This document shows positions 51,145 to 64,000 of a stretch of 64,000 bases of DNA, piece after piece (within the stretch, counting starts at the first letter, position 1; each line of letters opens with the position of its first letter). Below the pieces are notes generated by a model, which searched no databases, had not been told where the DNA came from, and was given only the letters and a program-made list of their open reading frames with translations. Origin of the DNA: Balanoglossus misakiensis (Eukaryota; Animalia; Hemichordata); the NCBI GenBank assembly GCA_040954595.2, contig CM082592.2, positions 11,936,732 through 12,000,731 on the forward strand, read 5' to 3'. Both the position numbers and the translations under genes were made by a program.

Positions 51145-54100
51145 GTAAGGTGTCACACGGCAGTATTGCCTCCCCCTAAATTGGACAGTTGGTCAGGTCA
51201 GTGTGAGATCTTTTGAGAGTTATTTTGCAAATTGTAAGGAAACACTATCAAAATTAATTTTGTTATTTCACGTTCGCGCTAATTGATTGGCGTGAGCCTC
51301 GCTGAGTCTTAATTAATATTATAGTCATTAGAAACACGTTTATGGGCTAAAACGTAATTGCCTTTGATTAAAAGTGAGTGATAAAAACAAGTAAAAAGAA
51401 AGTCCTTTCGTCCTTGGAAGGGTGTATTTTTGTAGATAGGGATTACGTCATCGACAAATTTTTGCCCATTGGAAGAGCAAGAATTTGGTCATGTTGCGCT
51501 CTTTTTGACACGACAAATAGGTGCTAAGTAACAGGGCTACTGAAATTGTTGGAAGCACTGCCATTTGGTTTGGCCGATTTAGCAAAAAAGAAAGTGTGAG
51601 AAAAGATACGGTTATTTATCTTTACCCTGGCGTCGTTTGTACAAAACACAATATAGTTAAGTGGTGTTTTCTACGGAACGGAGCATTTGAATTACCTAAA
51701 GAAAACAGAGTTAAAAGGCCTAGTTTATATGCAAATCGGTGTGGTTAATATACATATTAGCCTCCTTAATGCAAATGAGCCAAAGGGGAAAACGTTGTAA
51801 CTCAAAGTTTTATGATTAATATGCTAATATTTAGTTTATGTTCATATTTTGAAGAGCAGTGGGATTGTAGTACAATGGTTATGGCGACCTTGTGTCGACC
51901 ACAAATGCGAAGGTGACCTAAAGGTATACTAGTCCAACGAATTTCCAGTTTTTTATTTTCAAGATGAAGTGTTAAGTATAAAACCTTTGGCTTATCTCCC
52001 ATGTGTCTGTGTTCGGTGTTTTGATACTAATCGTACGTTCGCTGATAGCACAAAAGTGAATCTCAAAGCGCAAACGGGTCTAGTTTGCACCAACAAACGA
52101 CAATTTTACTGCCAGAAGATCTATGAAAAGACGCAAACGCATTAACATTTTTCGCAAGGCTGTGTTGTCAAGGCAATTTTTTCTGGTAGCCCGCGCCGTT
52201 CTCACAATTTTGTCGCTTCGGAAGTTAAACATTGCAGCATAAGAGAATTATGCACGTCCTGACGACGAGGGCTATTTTCAAATTGGCGACTTGATAAGAA
52301 CACTGGCAACCAGAAGTTGTCAACAGAATGCAATCTCAGGAGAACTTTTCGCCACCATTCCATTAACCACGTAATGAGAGCACTGATCCGTAGTGGAATC
52401 ATTGCGTCAATTGAACGTTGCATAATGCCAATTAAATGACCTAGCTGACGGACATCCATATTAAACAACGTATTGGAAGTGCACACTGGCCCGTGACAAA
52501 TGCCAAACTTGGCAATCCAGCGCGATAATCAACACCATGACACGAAGACTATCCGGGCGTGACGTTACCATTCGGTTGTCAGATCTATTTGGAATAATGA
52601 ACTTTATACGTAATTATTTGTTGTGATTTTAAGGGGAGCTAACTAAGCAAAATATAAACCCGAGGCGGCCAAAACCCACAGGCAACATGTGCCATTTTCA
52701 TGCGGGGCGTTTTTCAGGGCAGAACTGTTTGAGAACTTGTTTTTGTTTGCGGTGGGTCGTCCTATGTTCAATGAAGGACAACCAGGAACGCCCATTGGCT
52801 GGGGGAACGTTGTCAAGAGAAGCCGAAGAGTCAATTAAACCTGAATGAAGGCATAATTAGTAAACAAATAAATCCATTCCATTGAAAATGCGAAATTCGA
52901 GATAGCGGTTCTTTGTTTGGTAGTTCACACGGTATCGATCCTATGCTTTCAGCCCGGGATCGCGTCGAAGCTGGTTCGTCGATGATCAACGATTGGTCGA
53001 CGATTTGAACGTAACAGGTTGCGTTCTTCTGTGCGACAGGTATTCTCGGAGACGCGAGGCTTGGAAGAAAATAATTGATTTTCATCCCCGAATCTTGCAA
53101 AAAGTGGATGATCTTGAGACTCTGACAAAATGGTGGAAGGAGGGAAAAAGGACGGTTATGAGAAGACACCCAACTCTGACATCAGCCTTGATGATATCGC
53201 CGGTAAGTTACACGACAATCGTCGAGATTCGTTTTTTTTCCTATTCTTTCAAAATTATGCAAATATATATTCATTGAATTCATGCTAAAGATAGACTCCT
53301 CTTGGGTGAATGTCCTCGATTTACCGAGTCGAAATCATTGTAGGAAAAGGACCTAGATCGGAAATATCTTCGATCACGTCCATGAGGCGCTACGTCATGC
53401 ATCAGTTGTACAGCAAGGCACTTCATGAAGACTTGACCACAGTTATTCAAATCAACTGAGTCAACGCAGAATGGTTACTACTTTTCCCATCTGATTATCC
53501 TTTAAGTGTCCCTGAGAAGTTCAATTAACTGTAACCACTGGCATCTTTTTTTCGTGTGTTTCTTTTGCACCGTGTGCCTCTTTCAGTTTCCAGTTCGAAT
53601 CTGTTAACCTTGATTACATGCAGAGTAGGACATAAACTCTGTCTATATGTGTTAGGTGATCATGGTTACATTTTGAAAATTGAATTAAAGTCCGGACTGA
53701 AATTCATCTGCCAACCGTAACAACATCTGTTGAACATAAAATGATAGGTTCAAAGGTAGAATGCTTGGAAATTTGGCATTTGGGGGAATAGAACACAAAA
53801 CCGAAGTTGATACACAAAAATACTGAAAAAATAGCCAGAAGTTACAGCTAATGTCCCCTTAAGCAGAATTACCCCCGGCAAATAACGATGGACGGAATAT
53901 TGGTCACGGTATTTGGATAGTAAAATCAATGCTTTCCTTTTCCGTTAGGAAAAAAATCACATCCGCGACAGTAGTTGAATCGGCAATCGTTGCAGGGGAC
54001 CCGAAAACGTCTGAGAAAGTCAACGCTGTGCTCTGAGATCACATGTTTCATTTGGGCCTGTCAATTCAGTAGCTCTGCGGCTTTTGTTTGCCGCGTGCAG

Positions 54101-54645
54101 AATAAGAAAAGCCAAGCGACACGGAAAATAAATTGAATCAACACCGCGAGAATGCTAATTCACGGGGAACACGGAAAACTGTTTCAAATCTTTTGCTTGG
54201 AGATTTATTAAATTAAGTTAAAAGGCACAAGAACACGGCGTGTTTCCCAGAACCTGTTGCGTCTCCACAAGCAGAGCATTAAGGCTAAAACTATAGTATA
54301 GTGACCGCGAATGGAACAGCTTTTAATGTGTTCGTTGTGCTGGAAAATTAGTGCGTTGATTGGCCAGGAAACGCCCAACAGACCTAGGAAACGCTACAAT
54401 CAAAGGAGTTATTATGCTATTTGCAAACGGCGAATAGAAATTAGGCGCTGAAGAAATCGCCATACAGAGAACTGTCACATAAAAAACGTACGAAATAGCG
54501 CTCGTTTTTTCTCGCGCACAGCGCAGTCACAACTCGGGCTTTAGTGACTTCGCGGCTCAGAGTTCGTCAGTCTGTTCGGCCATAGCCCGGATGCAGAGGT
54601 TGAACGCAGCTTCTCGCAGTTAGGCAGGAGTTTTAGGCCAACAAT

Positions 54646-54712
54646 ATGAAACGACTGACTTGCTGGAGCGGAGGGGACGATGTCGCCGAGACCAAAATTA
54701 AGAAATACAAAT
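54646..54712 (+). CDS. Probable first coding exon of the plus-strand monoamine transporter: MKRLTCWSGGDDVAETKIKKYK(L)
   Basis: ATG with A at -3 and consensus donor T|gtaagt. The phase-1 end (T) joins the TG starting the 55956 exon to give TTG and a continuous frame. Confidence 0.5.
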
Positions 54713-55955
54713 GTAAGTAAAACATCGTCTCCTATAAGACTTCCACTGTAGTTATTTAAAACTTGTGTGTACACAAAACGTGCGACTAAACTGGAACAGA
54801 TCATTTTCGAAGATTTTCTGTTATTTTGCTTCTTTCATTCGACTCACATCCTGAATATCGCGAGAAGTTGTTATGACCACCGTAATCGTTTCGCGTCGTT
54901 TTTCATTTAACTTTTTAGTTCAAAGAAACAGTCTTGATTTACGACAAGGAATCGCCGGGTTGAATGCGAAACTGGAGAGTTTAAGGTTCGATAAAAAGGT
55001 AACCAACAACAGTTAGTGAGTGTCCAATGTTTTTAGAGGGACACGAATAGTCAATGCAAAAGTAAATAACACGATCGTCTTCAGTGATACTTAACACCCC
55101 TTCCTCACCTTTCTACGGGCTTTCTAGGGGGTAAAGTACCATTATAAACAACTATGCTAATTGCATTCTATCTTGGAGAGCCCACAGTGACCGCGCAGCT
55201 GTGTATGCCGTACTTCTGAAAACAGGTTTCGATAATCGAATGCAGAAATGCTAAATGCAGTAGCCTTTAAGGAACGCACAATCGCAGATCGCAGGAAGCT
55301 ATGCTGAAAATGTGGTACTCTCTTAAATCAAAACAAAGCCACACATAAAATTCGCGTGTTAACAAACGCCTGGTTTTCGACGCTTTGAATTCTGCTCCGA
55401 CATTCCTCTTATCTGGCAATGAAAACTGACGGTTACCATCACGTTCAAGTTTCAGCCTCGAGGCAGCCTTTCAAACATAACGTGCTCCTTGCTATAGTGA
55501 AGGCCTTGTTCGATTAATTCTTATATATGCAAATAAACTTTAGGCCATTTCATCGAAGCCGTCAAACGTGATCTTCGCGCTTGTAGGCGACCCGTTAGAA
55601 TGCAAAAGTGACATTCAAATGAAATGAAGTGTGTGCGACTCTCTTGGCAGGGGTTATACAAATTAAATTCACGTCCAATCCATTCTCTCTTCCATTCGAA
55701 AATCTCCAACAACAAGGTTTACCTCGTGCCGGTTTTGCTTAGAGGAGAGAACTTATCAAGATGACCAATGTAGAATATCAATACCTCGTCTTTGGTAGGG
55801 AAAACAAAACAATATTGTGCTTGAGTCAAGTGATAATAGTCGAACAAAATCGCAATTTATCACCGAGCGGTATGTGCTCTTAAAATATATGAAAAAATGT
55901 CACTGGTAATTTTGGACCCCAATACCACTCTTATTTTCTTTAATTTTAAATTCAG

Positions 55956-56174
55956 TGAAATCGGAGAAGGAGGCGTTGGCCAACTCTAAAGATGTCGAAG
56001 CCAATGAAACCACTCTGGTAAAAGCTGACGGAGGACCGGGAACAATCAGTGGACCCAAAGATGGACGAGAGACATGGAGCAAAAAAGTGGATTTTCTCCT
56101 TTCCGTCATCGGATTCTGCATTGATCTGGCTAACGTCTGGAGATTTCCGTACCTATGCTACAAAAATGGAGGAG
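55956..56174 (+). CDS. Second SLC6 monoamine transporter (dopamine/noradrenaline/octopamine transporter type, SLC6A2/SLC6A3-like), TM1 exon: ...[37 protein letters not shown](G); remaining exons not seen in the window
   Basis: Acceptor ttttctttaattttaaattcag, donor G|gtaaga at the same phase-1 position as the SERT gene. TM1 Asp present; [18 protein letters not shown] is the DAT/NET/OAT-type signature. No GAFL..PY exon found in 56175-64000. Confidence 0.92.
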
Positions 56175-59038
56175 GTAAGACACAAACCTCACCCCTCCCC
56201 CCCCCCCGTCTCTCCCCACCACATGCAAATACACGCTGGAGCTGGCATTCATTATTGTCACTAACGTCGACCTCCTCCGGTACCAACAATCACAAACCGC
56301 TGTAAGTGTTTTAAGTAATTCGTAGACACTATTTCTATCAACACGTGCTTATACGCATGCATTCCGTTTTTTAATTCAAGAACACTGCGACAAGACCCTT
56401 GATTTAATTACGCCAAATACCTTAATCTTATTGTGAAGAATGAACTCTATCATTGTCGCTTTACGTATACTCGGTAAAGTATGCGATATCACTTCATCGT
56501 GTCATTATCACGAATTCTGAGTGCGTCTTTCCGTTTTTTAGGTCATACAATCTTCTACATGACTGTACGTTCAAACCGATGTTATTCCGAAACAATGATT
56601 GAATTCTTGAACAGGTTTGCGATTCATAAAATATCGAATCCGAACCTGAGGTGGTTCGTTCGTTCGGTGTTGTCTATAAGCCGGATAACTGCCGTCTCCC
56701 TCTCCTGGGAGCGTTGGTAACGTCAGCGCGTTTTACATTTTCCATAAATAGCCCGTTCCTCGAACCCAGAGGATTTGTTTTATGACTATGGTTTAATCGA
56801 ACAAGGCTTTTTAATAGAGACTTAAAAATTTGGACGATCACAGTGCAGAACGGCTCCACCCTTACACTATCATGGACCAAGGCCTTCATCGTGTGCGCGA
56901 TCGATTTTGCGACGCAACACTAAGTATTTGGAGTGGAGGGGGAAATTGGGGGGGGGGGGTTCAGAATAATGTATACGAGTTTACATGTACGTATAGTCTG
57001 CCCTATAGCACCCTTTTAAGCGCCTAATAGTTATGATTTTGGGGGGAATTTATTTAAAAGACTTAAAAGTTCAATGAATGTCCCCCGCTTTCTTCCTGTG
57101 GAAAAATTAAGTAAACACTACATAGGTCGATTAAAAGCTCTCAAAATTCGTTCAGAATAATCATACATGACGCAGAATCAATCGTGAAACACTTGAATCA
57201 TGTTGTCTCTGTCGTCCTTTGCATTTTGATTCGCTGCCAGAAACGGTTGAATAAAAAAGGCTAGGTAATGGGTGACATTTTCGGTCTGGTACACTGAACT
57301 AGCCCCTGTGGCCAGAAAATGCAAGCCTGATTTATCAAAGCCGTCGAAGGATACCGTAAGTCGGTGCCTGTAAGTTGCGCAGCAGGTCGAGGCATGTCGT
57401 TCGCGCTGCCATTGCCTGCCACAACGCATTTAAGAGAATATAACCTATCCGAAATTGACTTGTTTCTCGACTGCAGACGTGCATTATGCGAATTGAGATT
57501 GTGGCCTGCTTCAACGATGTTAACTCTGCGTTATACAAACGTAATTACAGAGATTTTACTCTCCAATAACCTTTAATCACGGACCTGGTGATATTTCCAG
57601 AATTAAATGCCCGTCATGAAATCATTCACAAATACGTAAAGCTGAAAATGGCAAGGTATTTATGTACCGACTCACACAGAGTGGATTAAAATATCCGAAA
57701 ATTAAATCAAAGGCGTTTTAATTAAAAAGGGACGCCTAATTCTATAGTATTAAAAGGTTTATTGGAATTGTTTGACCTTTCACCTCAGCCACTTTACATC
57801 CGGGCCATCTGGGGATTTGATTCTCGGAGATTGCGCGGCCAGTGGCTGTTCGAATGTATGGCGCCCGTCGTTGAGTTGAAACTTTACTGAGTAAATCGAA
57901 GTAAAAAGCTGCAATCTGGCACTTGAGGCGTAACAAAGACATTAAACTCGAAGATGTCTAGTCAGCTGTAGACTGATAGTTTGTTTTTCACGCGTGCCGA
58001 GGAAGAAAACAAACAGACGGCGATCAGATGTGCCCGAATTTCTTACGCGTCCGTCGTTTCAACGAGTGGATGAAAAGAGGGAACCATGGGTAAATGTTAA
58101 CCGCACTTATTCGAGCGTTTCGGGTGACATATGTTTATTAGCAGTGATGCTGTCTGTAATGTACTGAGCAAATACAGCTTTCTTGGCGAAACACCCATTC
58201 GGGGAACTACAGGCTGTTAAAAGCGCATTTGTGTTTTTTAGTTTAGTTTAAAAACGACCTTCAGAAACTACAACTGACCTGTATAGAGCCAGCTACTCTC
58301 GATGTGTTAACAATCACACAAATCTATTCCAAACTGTCAATTAAAAATTAATTAATTATTATACATTAGAGAATAATTGCACAGGTGACGTAATAAACAG
58401 CGATCCTATGTTACTTCATTTATCCTCACGTTCCAAATTGACAACAACGCACGGTTATTAAAGAACGGGTTCTTGTTAATTGGGTGGTATTAATTAACAA
58501 CCTATGTATTGTTTGTGTCTCAGTTAATTTCCAAGAAGCGGTTAGTATTTTTCAAAAGTGAATTAAGTTTGTCAATTCCAGTTCTTTCATAACAAAACAG
58601 AACAGCTCATTCAAATCACGGATCCCTATATCATGCAAATGACGTTGAAAGTAACAAATTAAATCACTGTAAATAATATAATAAGTAAATGTATCTATAT
58701 ATCAGAAAATTACGTTTTGTGTATATTTTTTCGCCGCTACGACTCGTGTAAATCGATTATGGCATTGTTCCTGAATCAATACCCATGTACAGGGCAGCTA
58801 TAATAGCGACTGGAAATTTATAATGAATTTCAATCCCGACTGTCACTGCGCTGTTCCCATAGACTGATGTAATTCTCCTCCGGCCATTCTTTTGGTGGAT
58901 TAAGATGGCGGGAAAAACATGATGTAATCAACGGGAATCAGTCGTCGGGTGATTAAACCCGTTCTGGCAGGCAAGGTAATCTCGGGAAAATGTGATTTTG
59001 ATTTAGAGAAAAGCCAATCATTCTTGGGGGACAGTGGT

Positions 59039-59121
59039 CCAACCAACCACCAAACCAACCAACCAACCAACCAACAAACCAGCCAACCAACAAACCAGCC
59101 AAACAACCAACCAGCCTAACC
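59039..59121. repeat. Imperfect (AACC)n tetranucleotide microsatellite in an intron of the plus-strand transporter
   Basis: ccaaccaaccaccaaaccaaccaaccaaccaaccaacaaaccagccaacc...; produces the spurious WLVGWLV ORF 58900..59106. Confidence 0.9.
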
Positions 59122-62100
59122 ATCTAGTTGTTCACGCAACCGTTTGCAGACATACATATCCACCAAACGGCAATTTATAATGCACAAAGCTCACTGACAT
59201 GAAATTTTATAGTTATCATCAAAATGAAATCAAGTTGGCCCTTTTCTTTAATGTTGGTGATTTACTATTTGTCGAAATATTTTCGGCAGCAAAACGATTT
59301 TGTGCTAATGCTGAAAAACGATTTGTAGTTATACGGTGATGGTCCCCCACGGTAAAATTAGAGTTAGTTCATGAATAGAATTATTCCGAGGAATTCGGAT
59401 TCACCTTTAGGTTTTAATGTCAAGAGTTCAATCCATTATAGATGCCACCTACATTAATATCATAGTACAAGGTGTTCAAATAACTTCTTAATAACAAAAT
59501 GTGACTATTTCCATAAAGGCGGAGACCAGCATTATCCATGGAAAAGCCGTAGTCTGCTTATATGGCTAAAGACTTTGACGTAAGGAAAGTCTTCCTACCG
59601 TCACTTTGGGTAATATGTAACTATAAATCTATTTCAAAATGAACTACAATGACGAGGCTGGACATTTGGTTTTCTCAGGTTCAGAATTAGAAGCGGACAA
59701 ACGCTTCGAAATGTATCATAACAAATCAGAACACTTTTCTTCTGAAAGAATTAAAGATTTGATTCGTTATAACAATTTACTTTTTGTTATCCTTTTACGA
59801 AATGCGTTCCCTTACAGCTATGGTGACTGCGCATTGTACGAGTGTTTGCACACAAAAAATCGCAAATTATACACAATATGACCGTAATTGTTTTGGTCCG
59901 TAGGTTCATTTTACTTTGACATGAATGTGAACCTTGTGACTGTATTCACGGTCTTATCAATATTATCGTTGACAATGTCAGCGTGGTTGCTATGGTGACA
60001 TTAATAGGTTCAATGTCGGTGAAAAACAGAGCTTCACCCTTTAGTCTTTGCAAATTCCGAACTTGAATTTCTGTTTATCCATTTACCTAATTATTTTGTT
60101 TAATTACGAATAATAACTTGATTCATAAGGCTTTAATTGTCCGTTTTCCCCATTAAATCAAAACTAATTGAAAAATAAACCCTTTCCGAACTTACATTCA
60201 ACACACGAAATGGCTGCTTTCTGATTTAATGTGACGTTCGCATATATTCTGGCAGGTTGTACGCCTCATAAATATCAATAAAAGTCAATCACTTTTATTT
60301 AAAACGTAACATTTCTCTATTTATTTACAAATGACTGTTCTGTAGGTGAAATAAATAAATTATTTTCAATGGATGAATCGGACAATGATGTATGAAGCAC
60401 AACTATTTGATTTCCGCGAGCGTGGCTTTTTACAAAACGGTCTTGGCAAATTACAACACTCGAGGCGGCGTTTCTAACTCCTTTGGAAGTACATTAAAAT
60501 AATGTCCATCAAAGAGAAAACAAACACAATCGCGAGAGGGCCTGAACAGAATTATTAATGTACATAAAACCGTGTACACAATTTGTAAGAAAAATTGTTT
60601 CCTGCTCCTGTGGCATGGCTACTTTTCCTATTCATCATTTATTTAATCGGACTGGTCGATCGGCTTTTCGGTTGGAGGAATGGACGACCATTGTTTAACA
60701 CTCGCAAATAACCACTTCACACAGATGGGTAACGTAAACAAGTCCCTGGAACAGCTTATGCTGCTTCGCTTGCAGTCGTCCAAAGAGTTGAATGAGAAAC
60801 TTTTTCTCGGTCTGTCTTTCACAAGCCGCCATCTTAAGAAATAAAGCCATTCTTTCGGTTGTTTCGCGCAAAGCATATATTTATTTGTAGTCGGTCACAC
60901 TTGAGGATACTTATTCTGTTTGACATGCAGTCCCGGCTCTTGGAAATAGATAGACCTTAACATAACGACAAAAGCACAGCAGCCCGCCATAATGTTCGCC
61001 CTAAACGTATTTATTAAGCCGACCTTCATCGAAGCCATTTACCGGAAATAGACATGACGCCATTACATGCGGAGGTTGAATTTGTACACCTTGGTCTTTA
61101 CGACTCAGTGATATTTCACAGAATAAGAATCGCCTCTCTATCCAATATTAACATTCCAAAATAGAAATCGTGAAATTTATATCAATTCTCTTGGCAAATA
61201 AAATGCATTTCAATAAAATAACTACAGCAGTATATCAATTACGTGGAAATGGTTACGCATCTATAATACATGTAGGGAAAGATCATTTTTTGTGCGTAGT
61301 CTCTGTCAGGGAAAACTAGCTTTGGTGAACGTTTCGAGGTAAGGGTCTGAGTTTGGCACTCCAAATAACTGATTTTGATGTCATTTGTTAAATTTTATAT
61401 TAAAAAACTATTTTTGTAGTCTTTATTTGAGCAACATACTTGGATAACTGGGATATTTGAGATGGCCCGTAGGTTTTATGACGTCATTGCCTGGAACACA
61501 ATCTAACTTGATTTTAATTAATCTGACCGTTGATGTCTGTCGCTCATCAAAGTGCGTAGCTTCGTGCGTTTACCCTACGATAGTTTTTTACTGTTGCGTA
61601 ATCTCTGAACACAACGATATTATTTTCGTCCCAGAATCGGAAGTTTGTCGACCCATTCAGCCACCCTTCACCATAATAACGGAGAGAGCAAGATTGAAAT
61701 TCGCTCCCGAGACGACTAAACAAATATTTGTTGACCGAAGAACCTTATCACGAGCATTCATTCCCATGAACAGTAAACAGTGTAACAATTACTACTGGCT
61801 AATTATATTTATAACAACCAGCCCTGTGTAATGACTCATAAAAATAAGGCGGCCTCTTTTGCACAAAGAAAACAATAAAGAGTCCATCTGTACAACATTT
61901 TCTTCATTTCCTTCTGAAAATCTAAATGGCTATCATAAAGAATATTGTGATATATTTGTAAGTTTATTAAATTTTGACACCGCGAAAGAATAAATAATGT
62001 TGCTACATATCACCTTGCCACCAAATGTTTGGCCAAACACTTGCACATAACGTGGCATAACAAAACCAGTCTGCCATCTCTCCTATAGAGTTTACCAGTC

Positions 62101-64000
62101 GCTGTAATTTGTTGGGCACTTACTCTATGCATACTGGATTTACTTGGATAACGAAGAATGTGTAATTGTTTGGCTGGCGGATACATGTATCCATGTAGAG
62201 CTCGAAGTATGTAAATTTGGACACTGATGTGTGGAGCAGAGAAACATTACGGGTGATTGGCGCGCCTTTCAGGAGATTGTGAGCCTCTCACAAATCGCTC
62301 TAATTTTGACCGACAGTTCGATTTTATTTCAATTTCCCCTCTGTTTGGCACATTGGAGTAGAACCAACACTGTAATTTATCGAAATCTATCATGCCAGTG
62401 TATTTCGAGTTCTCGGCAAATATTGACAGGGACCCAATTTAGGACATAATACTCGAATTCCAACTGGAAACACAACGTTACACAGTTATGTGGAGAGGTT
62501 AACGTGAAGTGTGTAGTGAGGAATATGACGGATCGTCATTTATAGGAATATTCCAGGGCAGCGATAATTGGCGAGGGCATTGTTATGTTCTTTCTGAGCC
62601 ACCTGTCGGAGATGGAATTTAATATTCTTAGACGATCGAGTTTGTTCGAAGGCTATTATCCACTTCTGGGCGTACCTCAAACATATTATCAATCAAAATA
62701 TATGTCCCTCGTTTTTTGAATGTGTTAAAAACGGTTCAAGCATGGTCGACAAGAAACATGCGCTGAAGGGTGTCCTCTACAAGTGGATTTCAGTTTCCAT
62801 GGCAACATCTACCTAACATTAAAAACAGTGAATTTTCCCTAGGCAGATCTGAAGGATAATTCTCCAATGCTAGCATAAGGCTTTCACGCGACGTGGAGCG
62901 CTTTTTATTTATACAACCGAATTTATGATCATTTTCTGTTGATCAATTTATGACGTTTTTTTATATTTTTGCTCTAAATGCAGCGTGTGCTCGAGGCGAT
63001 AGCCCACACTGTTTCAAAGAGTATCATTTTCAACAAAATCCTATAAATCGTTCACTGTTTAGAGTACAGAGTTCCTGTTGGGTTCTCTGTCGAGTTTGTC
63101 ATATCGACCGAAACGATACGTACTCACGCACACTTTGATAAACTGCATTACGAACTAGCAACGCGCTTGTGAGCTGTTGCACACTTCACCCTATGAAAAC
63201 GTTAGCCGTTCTCTGAAACGTCGGTAGTTAGATGTGTGTGAGCTCTAAAAGCATAAATATCGATAAAAAGATGTATTGATCTACATCATTCTAGTGCTCA
63301 ACAGACTAGACTAATAAAATGGCACTCGAATAATCATACTCTCTGGTCTAGGTGACAAGTAATCACTAATTCACTAATGTCTTTATTTTCGACTTTCGGC
63401 GAGAACGACAACCTTCCGTGAAATGGAGTCGCTCCTACTGTCATATACAAAGTGCGTTTTACTGCGAAGGTATTTTGATGAAAACGGCGGAACGATTGAA
63501 AAAAAGCCATGCACTAATGTTCGATCAAAGTGTCTTTCTATTCGATTCTTAAACACCATTTATCAGCTAATTGGGACAATGAGAACTGTTTTGAATTTCC
63601 CAGATTCCATTAGTGTGGAGAACGTTGCCACTAAAGTATGAGAGACTGGAGACGCACAAAACAAAACATTTAGCTTGTTTCTGTGAGGACAGTCTCAGTT
63701 ATTTCATATATGCACAAAGCCATTTTACTCTTCATTCATCGCACAGTCATTGACATAATCAAACGGGAGGCAATTTGAAAGGAGTTTAGTTTTTGCTCTG
63801 CCGAAACTAGCCTACACAGGCGCTATTGATCAGCGATTGCAAGATCGTGACATTCGAGTTGACTGAGCTGAGCGAGGTTTAGTCCTTGCGATAACTTCTT
63901 TCAGGATTAAATAATCACTTGGGGATGGGCATATCTCTACAGCCACTTCAAGCTCCGTTCCACAGATGCCTACGTTATTGCGTTCTTGTCAGAGCCGTAA

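Noticed and set aside
56175-56305. C-terminal part of ORF 55955..56305 ([10 protein letters not shown]...)
   Set aside because: Read-through past the conserved G|gtaaga donor into intron.
56306-64000. Further exons of the plus-strand transporter, or other genes among the short ORFs
   Set aside because: No GAFL..PY or other SLC6 motif found by eye; treated as intron of at least 7.8 kb. A tblastn search would be decisive.

Overview
Eukaryotic (animal, probably marine invertebrate deuterostome-like; taxon is inference) genomic window. Bases 1-21297 are one AT-rich 87/88-bp tandem satellite that switches orientation at ~6346, forming a giant palindrome with a ~10-nt spacer (left arm >=6.3 kb and running off the window, right arm ~15 kb). 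Three diverged monomer relics follow (21298-21540). On the minus strand, four spliced coding exons (27898-27433, 25969-25835, 24979-24757 and a 139-bp exon 21684-21546 missed by the ORF track) join in frame into 321 codons of a serotonin-transporter-like (SERT/SLC6A4) protein. The splice donor of the fourth exon opens directly into the satellite relics, so the whole palindromic array appears to lie inside a SERT intron and would be transcribed as a multi-kb fold-back RNA. About 27 kb away, a second monoamine transporter (DAT/NET/OAT-type, with an unusual GFCID TM1 motif) is transcribed divergently on the plus strand (exon 55956-56174, probable first coding exon 54646-54712). The intergenic region holds a small TTAA-flanked MITE, microsatellites and clusters of CRE, ETS, homeodomain and nuclear-receptor-like motifs. 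No rRNA, tRNA or CRISPR is supported, and almost all listed ORFs are spurious.
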